From IMG/VR virus record IMGVR_UViG_2563366926_000003: 21,813 bases of DNA, one strand, 5' to 3'. The notes under the pieces were generated by a model that saw nothing but the letters and a program-made list of their open reading frames with translations, ran no database searches and was not told the origin of the DNA. The position numbers were made by a program, and so were the translations under genes. Source of the stretch: a virus (lineage: Duplodnaviria; Heunggongvirae; Uroviricota; Caudoviricetes). Positions 16,701-21,813 of this stretch are shown piece after piece; within the stretch, counting starts at the first letter, position 1, and each line of letters opens with the position of its first letter.

Positions 16701-17631
16701 ATCAAAACAGCAGATTGTGGCCGATGGTAGTGAAAGTGCAACAGTGGACATTCAGTTGGTTGATGCCAATAACAATGCGTTTACAGGCGATGTGGATTTA
16801 ACGGTTACACCATCGACGGGAGCATCATTGACCAGTAGTAAACTGCAGTTGGATGCTCATGGACAGGCAACAACGCAGTTCACAGCATCGAAATCAGGCC
16901 AGTACACAATTCAGGCTGAGTATGTTCTAGATGGGAAACGTATAACCGCAAGCAAAAATATTGATGCCGTGACGGATGTGAAGGAGGCTGTGTTGGAGAT
17001 CACATCATCTGCATCTTCGGCTGTAGTGAGCGATACCAACAATCTGATATTTACGTTACTGTTGAAAAGTACGTCAGGCGAAGTATTAAGTGGTCGAGTA
17101 TTGAATATCAAGGCATCTGGGCCGTCCAAATATGGTGCGTTGGTGGTTGATAAAACCACTGTAACGACTGATGAGTATGGTCTGGCTACGGTAAGCGTAC
17201 ATGGTCGAACGGCTGGTTCGTATAAATTAACGGCGACCTTAGATGAACTTGGCAGTGATGTTAGTGAGGTGAAGTCATTCTCTCTGTATGCTGATGAGGC
17301 AAATGGAGTATTGACACTGCATAAAGATGGAGGCTATGACACAGATGATGGTACTCCAGTGGGGGTTTATGCCCGATTTGTTGACCATTTCGGCAATCCG
17401 TTATCTGGTACGGTTGAGTTTTCTGCTGGTAGTGAAGATAGTCCAAACTCTCAACGGGTTAAAATGGAGCCTGCTACAGTAACGTTACACTGGACAGGTA
17501 ATGCAGCCTCGGAGTTCAGCACCTATGAAAGCGGTTATCACTGGATTAAGGCCAAAATAACGAACAGCAAAAATACATATGAGAAAACAATAAGGACTTA
17601 TGTTGTAAAGCTCCCTGAAAAGGATAGTTAA
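13723..17631 (+). CDS. Inverse autotransporter adhesin of the intimin/invasin family (signal peptide, outer-membrane beta-barrel, tandem bacterial Ig-like domains)
   Basis: 1302-aa ORF; N-terminal signal-like segment; residues ~100-340 resemble the intimin/invasin beta-barrel translocator (GIRHFTPDN...GFGVEYWRDYFRLGVNTYFG...FGVEFNYRPGV); the C-terminal ~950 aa is a series of repeated ~100-120-aa Ig-like modules including two near-identical copies; preceded by ~240 bp of very AT-rich DNA and followed by a strong terminator. Confidence 0.85.
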   Translation: MTTVNKKLKKTASGAITWSVIVTQILSPVSLSLIPANSFASSDNKDVTQIYASDERANKVASFAVSAGQSLANNNASSFAVNTLSTQATKEVVDWLQQYGNARIKLNVDNSFSLKDSSFDFLYPWLDTQDYVLFSQTSLHRTDDRNQTNIGLGIRHFTPDNAMLGANVFYDYDLSRSHSRAGFGVEYWRDYFRLGVNTYFGLSDWKDSRDIDDYLERPANGWDFSAEGWLPAYPQLGASIQFEKYYGKNVGLFGSDNLQENPYAVTGGISYTPVPLIKFSAQHKQGQSNVHDTTFGVEFNYRPGVSLAEQLSSDNVAVMREVQNRRYDFVERNNNIVLEYKKKHALKISLPESVQGDGESIIPVTLTINNASGGIKSVQWNDSVFTAAGGKISGNGTSWQVTLPAYKSEGVNSWNVGATVQDNRGNVSNYAVMNISVINSGVSTADSSFMLDGDSSPTISADGQSTHPIVLSLKDSNGKALTGLADDIEMSVEFTADSNSARQRETVTAPSLGAVEEISAGVYRSVLTAGSQAGTVRVTAKVQGKTFTLNIKQAAVIDSDVSTADSSFTLDGDSSPTISADGQSTHPIVLSLKDSNGKALTGLADDIEMSVEFTADSNSARQRETVTAPSLGAVEEISAGVYRSVLTAGSQAGTVRVTAKVMDKTFTLSIKQTAATEPDSEVSAVLTAAPAEQVVGYNINLQLAVKDSQGNAITGDNTLSFYALNQAEGVEFGAVTEKDGVYSATVTSKRAGKIRIGVKSGSHNFSGIEKEISFIEDRTQFAFSRIEASKNNALADGKQQNTVTLSLADRFGNVVPGYAVTLSLPAGVTQVGGEHAVSTDENGNAVFALISSTPGSYVIKAHAGSQMSTELTVTFASNMIGASLSLTPGNSSLISNIPANGKDAAVLNVQLTNTNASVNGQKIQLITSSERLSVPTNIVTDSTGHVSVPLTTVRAGEYTVAARVTDGSHSVESGSVKLTFVPDAASAELTMSTSKQQIVADGSESATVDIQLVDANNNAFTGDVDLTVTPSTGASLTSSKLQLDAHGQATTQFTASKSGQYTIQAEYVLDGKRITASKNIDAVTDVKEAVLEITSSASSAVVSDTNNLIFTLLLKSTSGEVLSGRVLNIKASGPSKYGALVVDKTTVTTDEYGLATVSVHGRTAGSYKLTATLDELGSDVSEVKSFSLYADEANGVLTLHKDGGYDTDDGTPVGVYARFVDHFGNPLSGTVEFSAGSEDSPNSQRVKMEPATVTLHWTGNAASEFSTYESGYHWIKAKITNSKNTYEKTIRTYVVKLPEKDS
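15030..15743 (+). repeat. Near-identical 357-bp (119-codon) in-frame tandem duplication inside the adhesin gene
   Basis: The unit starting gtctcgacagcggattcttctttt occurs at 15046 and again at 15403 (period 357 bp); the central ~280 bp differ at only a handful of positions; encodes VSTADSSF.LDGDSSPTISADGQSTHPIVLSLKDSNGKALTGLADDIEMSVEFTADSNSARQRETVTAPSLGAVEEISAGVYRSVLTAGSQAGTVRVTAKV twice. Confidence 0.92.
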
Positions 17632-17643
17632 CAAAACAGAATA

Positions 17644-17670
17644 GGGAGGGCTAAGCCCTCCCACTTTTTA
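17644..17670 (+). terminator. Rho-independent terminator of the adhesin gene
   Basis: Perfect 8-bp GC-rich stem gggagggc / gccctccc with loop taa, followed by acttttta. Confidence 0.8.
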
Positions 17671-18153
17671 ATTGAGACGGACTGTTTCTTAAATTCACTT
17701 ACGTTAGATATGAACTGGTTATTTTTTATAACAATAAAAGACTTTTGATTTTTGAATATCAGTAAGTAATAATGATTTACGTCGACAGACTGAACATCTG
17801 TTGGTGACTTCTGCGCTAAACGGGGACGTTTATGCGCACATACAATCTAAACTCTCTTCTCTCTTCACAGATGCAGAAATGCACCTGCGATTCTTTGCAT
17901 CCAACGTTTGACCTCTGCGGAGGTGAAGCGTGAACCTCCCACAAGATGGCATCAAATTACATCGCGGTAACTTCACCGCTATCGGTCGGCAGATCCAGCC
18001 TTATCTGGAGGACGGCAAATGCTTTCGCATGGTGCTTAAACCGTGGCGCGAGAGACGCAGTCTAGACTGGCCCCCTGAATCTCCAGACAACCAGTATCAC
18101 TTAAATAAGTGATAGTCTTAATACTAGTTTTTAGACTAGTCATTGGAGAACAG

Positions 18154-18519
18154 ATGATTGATGTCTTAGGGCCGGAGAAACGCAGACGGCGTACCACACA
18201 GGAAAAGATCGCAATTGTTCAGCAGAGCTTTGAACCGGGGATGACGGTCTCCCTCGTTGCCCGGCAACATGGTGTAGCAGCCAGCCAGTTATTTCTCTGG
18301 CGTAAGCAATACCAGGAAGGAAGTCTTACTGCTGTCGCCGCCGGAGAACAGGTTGTTCCTGCCTCTGAACTTGCTGCCGCCATGAAGCAGATTAAAGAAC
18401 TCCAGCGCCTGCTCGGCAAGAAAACGATGGAAAATGAACTCCTCAAAGAAGCCGTTGAATATGGACGGGCAAAAAAGTGGATAGCGCACGCGCCCTTATT
18501 GCCCGGGGATGGGGAGTAA
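18154..18519 (+). CDS. insC: IS2 OrfA (InsC) transposase regulatory/DNA-binding subunit
   Basis: 121-aa frame [56 protein letters not shown]... with RBS ggagaa; recognised as IS2 InsC. Confidence 0.93.
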
Positions 18520-19382
18520 GCTTAGTCAGCCGTTGTCTCCGGGTGTCGCGTGCGCAGTTGCACGTCATTCTCAGACGAACCGATGACTGGATGGATGGCC
18601 GCCGCAGTCGTCACACTGATGATACGGATGTGCTTCTCCGTATACACCATGTTATCGGAGAGCTGCCCACGTATGGTTATCGTCGGGTATGGGCGCTGCT
18701 TCGCAGACAGGCAGAACTTGATGGTATGCCTGCGATCAATGCCAAACGTGTTTACCGGATCATGCGCCAGAATGCGCTGTTGCTTGAGCGAAAACCTGCT
18801 GTACCGCCATCGAAACGGGCACATACAGGCAGAGTGGCCGTGAAAGAAAGCAATCAGCGATGGTGCTCTGACGGGTTCGAGTTCTGCTGTGATAACGGAG
18901 AGAGACTGCGTGTCACGTTCGCGCTGGACTGCTGTGATCGTGAGGCACTGCACTGGGCGGTCACTACCGGCGGCTTCAACAGTGAAACAGTACAGGACGT
19001 CATGCTGGGAGCGGTGGAACGCCGCTTCGGCAACGATCTTCCGTCGTCTCCACTGGAGTGGCTGACGGATAATGGTTCATGCTACCGGGCTAATGAAACA
19101 CGCCAGTTCGCCCGGATGTTGGGACTTGAACCGAAGAACACGGCGGTGCGGAGTCCGGAGAGTAACGGAATAGCAGAGAGCTTCGTGAAAACGATAAAGC
19201 GTGACTACATCAGTATCATGCCCAAACCAGACGGGTTAACGGCAGCAAAGAACCTTGCAGAGGCGTTCGAGCATTATAACGAATGGCATCCGCATAGTGC
19301 GCTGGGTTATCGCTCGCCACGGGAATATCTGCGGCAGCGGGCTTGTAATGGGTTAAGTGATAACAGATGTCTGGAAATATAG
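18477..19382 (+). CDS. insD: IS2 OrfB (InsD) transposase catalytic domain (DDE); expressed as an OrfAB fusion by -1 frameshifting
   Basis: 301-aa ORF recognised as IS2 InsD; slippery A6G motif (aaaaaag, 18470-18476) at the orfA/orfB overlap. Confidence 0.93.
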
Positions 19383-19720
19383 GGGCAAATCCACAGTCTT
19401 TCCCAGAATGCACTCAGCCACATGTGGTACAGCGAAATCAGTGAATACCTCATCAGCAGGGGTAAAACGTTCGCCACTCCAGCTTGGGTAAAAGATGCTC
19501 TCAAACACACATATCTCGGTTATGAAACCAAAGACCTGGTTGATGTCGTAACCGGTGATATCACCACTATCCAGTCGTTACGCCATACCTCCGACCTTGA
19601 TACCGGAGAGATGTATGTCTTCCTGTGTAAGGTTGAAGCCTGGGCGATGAATATTGGCTGCCACCTGACTATTCCGCAGAGCTGCGAGTTCCAGCTGCTG
19701 CGTGATAAGCAGGAGGCGTA

Positions 19721-19891
19721 ATGGCTACACCGCTTATTCGTGTCATGAACGGACACATCTACAAAGTACCAAATCGTCGTAAGCGTAGGCCTGAGCTGAA
19801 ACCATCCGAAATACCAACACTGCTCGGATATACCGCCAGCCTGGTTGATAAAAAATGGTTGCGACTGGCAGCAAGGAGGAATCATGGCTGA
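19721..19891 (+). CDS. ninE: NinE-family small protein
   Basis: 56-aa [59 protein letters not shown]; RBS aggagg; ATG overlaps the ninB stop (TAATG); basic NinE-like motif pattern; gene order as in DLP12 (ybcN-ninE-ybcO-rusA-ylcG-Q). Confidence 0.6.
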   Translation: MATPLIRVMNGHIYKVPNRRKRRPELKPSEIPTLLGYTASLVDKKWLRLAARRNHG

Positions 19892-20174
19892 TTTGAGAAA
19901 AGCAGCGCGTGGTCGGGAATGCCAGGTAAGAATCCCTGGCGTATGTAATGGCAATTCTGAAACGTCTGTACTGGCACATATCCGGCTGGCTGGATTGTGC
20001 GGTACCGGTATCAAACCGCCAGACCTGATTGCCACCATTGCATGTTCTGCCTGTCACGACGAGATCGACCGTCGCACGCATTTTGTTGACGCTGGATATG
20101 CAAAAGAATGCGCGCTGGAAGGTATGGCGAGAACGCAGGTTATCTGGCTGAAAGAGGGGGTAATTAAGGCGTGA
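19884..20174 (+). CDS. ybcO: YbcO-like (DUF1364) putative zinc-binding nuclease of the nin region
   Basis: 96-aa frame [64 protein letters not shown]... with a strong RBS (aaggagg); Cys/His-rich; recognised as the DLP12 YbcO family. Confidence 0.8.
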   Translation: MADLRKAARGRECQVRIPGVCNGNSETSVLAHIRLAGLCGTGIKPPDLIATIACSACHDEIDRRTHFVDAGYAKECALEGMARTQVIWLKEGVIKA

Positions 20175-20533
20175 ATACCTACAATATCACATTACCCTGG
20201 CCGCCGAGCAATAATCGCTATTACCGCCATAATCGCGGGCGCACGCACATCAGCGCAGAGGGGCAGGCATACCGCGAAAACGTCGCCCGAATCATTAAAA
20301 ACGCAATGCTGGATATCGGCCTGGCTATGCCTGTGAAAATCCGCATTGAGTGTCACATGCCGGATCGCCGTCGCCGTGACCTGGATAATCTACAAAAGGC
20401 CGCTTTTGACGCACTCACCAAAGCAGGTTTCTGGTTGGATGATGCTCAGGTCGTTGATTACCGCGTTGTGAAGATGCCGGTTGTCAAAGGTGGAAAGCTG
20501 GAACTGACCATCACTGAACAGGGAGATGAATGA
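20171..20533 (+). CDS. rusA: RusA Holliday junction resolvase
   Basis: 120-aa ORF (GTG start overlapping the ybcO stop) [103 protein letters not shown]...; recognised as DLP12-type RusA. Confidence 0.92.
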   Translation: MNTYNITLPWPPSNNRYYRHNRGRTHISAEGQAYRENVARIIKNAMLDIGLAMPVKIRIECHMPDRRRRDLDNLQKAAFDALTKAGFWLDDAQVVDYRVVKMPVVKGGKLELTITEQGDE

Positions 20534-20670
20534 TGTTTGAGTTTTATATGGCAGAACTTCTTCGCCACCGCTGGATGCGCCTGCGCTTATATCGTTTCCC
20601 TGGTTCTGTTTTGACCGATTACCGAATACTGAAGAATTACGCCAAAACCCTGACAGGAGCAGGAGTATGA
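20530..20670 (+). CDS. ylcG: YlcG-like small protein (46 aa)
   Basis: ATG overlapping the rusA stop (ATGA) encodes [46 protein letters not shown]; same position and size as DLP12 ylcG between rusA and Q; below the ORF-track cut-off. Confidence 0.55.
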   Translation: MMFEFYMAELLRHRWMRLRLYRFPGSVLTDYRILKNYAKTLTGAGV

Positions 20671-20755
20671 AGTCAGAGATAACAATCAACTAATACTGTT
20701 TTGTTGATTTTTGCTTGTAATTGGCGTTCTGGTCTGAGTTTTGTGGAGTAAGTTG

Positions 20756-21133
20756 ATGCGTGATATTCAGATGGTTCTTGAGCGTTGGGGAGCGTGGGCG
20801 GCTAATAATCATGAAGATGTGACCTGGTCGTCCATTGCCGCCGGTTTTAAGGGATTAATTCCTTCAAAAGTAAAATCTCGCCCGCAATGTTGTGACGATG
20901 ACGCGATGATCATTTGCGGGTGCATGGCCCGTCTGAAAAAGAACAACAGCGATTTGCATGATTTATTGGTGGACTATTATGTCGGCGGCATGACTTTTAT
21001 GGCGCTTGCACGTAAGCATGGGCGATCTGATTGTTGGGTTGGCAGGATGCTCCAGAAAGCTGAGGGCGTAGTGGAGGGTATGCTGATGGTGTTGGATCTC
21101 CGATTGGAGATGGATGCTGATTGTTCGAAATAA
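20756..21133 (+). CDS. quuD: Q late-gene antiterminator, phage 82 / DLP12 QuuD type
   Basis: 125-aa frame [81 protein letters not shown]... (ATG at 20756 with RBS ggag; the track ORF starts at an upstream TTG); recognised as the phage-82 Q family. Confidence 0.9.
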   Translation: MRDIQMVLERWGAWAANNHEDVTWSSIAAGFKGLIPSKVKSRPQCCDDDAMIICGCMARLKKNNSDLHDLLVDYYVGGMTFMALARKHGRSDCWVGRMLQKAEGVVEGMLMVLDLRLEMDADCSK

Positions 21134-21179
21134 TTAAAGGAAAAGTTGCTGTCTGATTCTCATTAGTCTAACATTTTAA

Positions 21180-21215
21180 ATGTTGGAATCGCAACGTAGT
21201 TATTATCATATAACA
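21180..21215 (+). promoter_or_regulatory. Possible late promoter pR' / Q-utilisation region
   Basis: Between Q and the terminator: TTGGAA, about 15-17 nt, then TATCAT/CATATAAC; assigned mostly by position. Confidence 0.3.
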
Positions 21216-21231
21216 GCTTGTTTCCTGATTT

Positions 21232-21261
21232 AGCCAGCCTCCCCAAAGGCTGGTTTTTTTC
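21232..21261 (+). terminator. tR'-like intrinsic terminator downstream of Q
   Basis: Hairpin ccagcct-ccccaa-aggctgg (extendable to ~9 bp) followed by ttttttt. Confidence 0.75.
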
Positions 21262-21288
21262 TAATAAGTATTATTTCGGGTAGGGATT

Positions 21289-21813
21289 TTATTGTTTAAC
21301 CCATAATAATTCATTGACATTGAATCCCAACTTTTGAGCGGTTCGCACATAGTCTGCTTTTACTTTATCTGGAATAGTTGGGGTCCTTGCCAGAATCCAT
21401 AGGTATTCTCTGTTCGGACCACTGACAAGAGCATACTTATACTCATCATCCAGTTTGATTACATTATAGCCACCATAGAAGGGGCCAAAAAACGAAACCT
21501 TCAACGCTGCAGTTTTAGTATCTCCAGTAAAGTATGCTTTACCTTCGCTCTCGCTCCATTTATTTTTCGTTGGATCGTATCCACGGTTAAGTACACGAAT
21601 CCCTCCGTCGTTCCGTTTTCCATAAGTAGCGCTGACCTGTTCCAGACCACGTTCGAACCGGTTCTCGAGGCGAGCTATTTCATACCACTTTCCGAGGTAG
21701 CGGTTGGCGTCAAAATTTGTAATCGGCTGCACACCTTTAGGTGGTGTCGGGGCCTTACATGCTATAAGAGTGAAAGAGAGTGCAATGCCAGTCAACACAG
21801 GCCATAACTTCAT
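21289..21813 (-). CDS. Bacterial lipocalin (Blc-like) outer-membrane lipoprotein; cargo gene convergent with the late operon
   Basis: 174-aa ORF with lipoprotein signal peptide and lipobox (MKLWPVLTGIALSFTLIAC); lipocalin motifs (NFDANRYLGKWYEIARLENRFERG ... SFFGPFYGGYNVIKLDDEYKYALVSGPNREYLWILARTPT) recalled as matching E. coli Blc; start codon at the last base of the window. Confidence 0.85.
   Translation of the reverse strand: MKLWPVLTGIALSFTLIACKAPTPPKGVQPITNFDANRYLGKWYEIARLENRFERGLEQVSATYGKRNDGGIRVLNRGYDPTKNKWSESEGKAYFTGDTKTAALKVSFFGPFYGGYNVIKLDDEYKYALVSGPNREYLWILARTPTIPDKVKADYVRTAQKLGFNVNELLWVKQ

Larger units (their letters stand above)
18063..19393 (+). mobile_element. IS2: Insertion sequence IS2 (complete, 1331 bp) flanked by a 5-bp target site duplication CAGTC
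   Basis: Left end TAGACTGGCCCCCTGAATCTCCAGACAACC..., right end ...GGAAATATAGGGGCAAATCCA; length exactly 1331 bp; direct repeat CAGTC at 18058-18062 and 19394-19398; encodes InsC and InsD. Confidence 0.95.
17930..19721 (+). pseudogene. ninB: ninB/ybcN-family (Orf recombination mediator-like) gene interrupted by IS2 after codon 44
   Basis: 5' fragment 17930-18062 (GTG start with RBS ggagg; MNLPQDGIKLHRGNFTAIGRQIQPYLEDGKCFRMVLKPWRERRS) and 3' fragment 19394-19721 are in the same frame once IS2 and one copy of the 5-bp duplication are removed; the reconstructed ORF is 151 aa (...WRERRSLSQNALSHMWYSEISEYLISRG...). Confidence 0.7.

Noticed and set aside
14476-17446. Minus-strand ORFs inside the adhesin gene (14476-14754, 15120-15326, 15256-15480, 16491-16751, 16911-17159, 17261-17446)
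   Set aside because: All lie antisense within a continuous 1302-aa ORF with a coherent domain structure; chance frames.
18219-18953. ORFs within IS2 other than insC/insD (18219-18446 -, 18289-18489 -, 18522-18953 -, 18550-18843 +)
   Set aside because: Antisense or alternative-frame overlaps of the known IS2 transposase genes.
19216-20081. Minus-strand ORFs 19216-19413, 19307-19510, 19520-20038 and 19743-20081 across ninB/ninE/ybcO
   Set aside because: Antisense to a tightly coupled run of recognisable nin-region genes; no RBS support.
20390-20689. Minus-strand 99-aa ORF overlapping rusA/ylcG
   Set aside because: Antisense to the recognisable rusA; chance frame.
1-21813. tRNA or rRNA genes and CRISPR arrays
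   Set aside because: No cloverleaf-like conserved tRNA features, rRNA-like segments or short regularly spaced repeats were seen on either strand; the prophage is at attB-lambda, not a tRNA site.

Overview
This window is the left ~20.5 kb of a mosaic lambdoid prophage integrated at the lambda attB site, next to the host gene ybhC. All calls below rest on reading the supplied ORF translations and the raw sequence by eye; no database search was possible, so family names are recalled similarities, not measured identities. The backbone is lambda-like: attL (core GCTTTTTTATACTAA plus P' arm), int, xis, exo, bet, gam, kil, cIII, ral, sieB, cII, O (with the ori iterons) and P. The antitermination module is P22-type instead (gene 24-like N with matching nutL and nutR boxB sequences), and the cI/cro immunity pair is non-lambda. 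Downstream of P, ren is replaced by a ~4.2 kb AT-rich cargo island encoding a 1302-aa intimin/invasin-family adhesin with a near-identical 357-bp internal tandem duplication. The following ninB/ybcN-like gene is split by a complete 1331-bp IS2 with a 5-bp CAGTC target duplication. The nin/Q module beyond it resembles DLP12 (ninE, ybcO, rusA, ylcG, phage-82-type Q), followed by a tR'-like terminator and a convergent Blc-like lipocalin lipoprotein gene at the window edge. The strongest candidate for an undescribed system is a 299-aa, single-transmembrane-helix protein encoded immediately downstream of cI, in the position lambda uses for rexAB. A second candidate is a 3-TM membrane protein cargo gene with its own terminator, on the opposite strand between xis and the exo-proximal genes.
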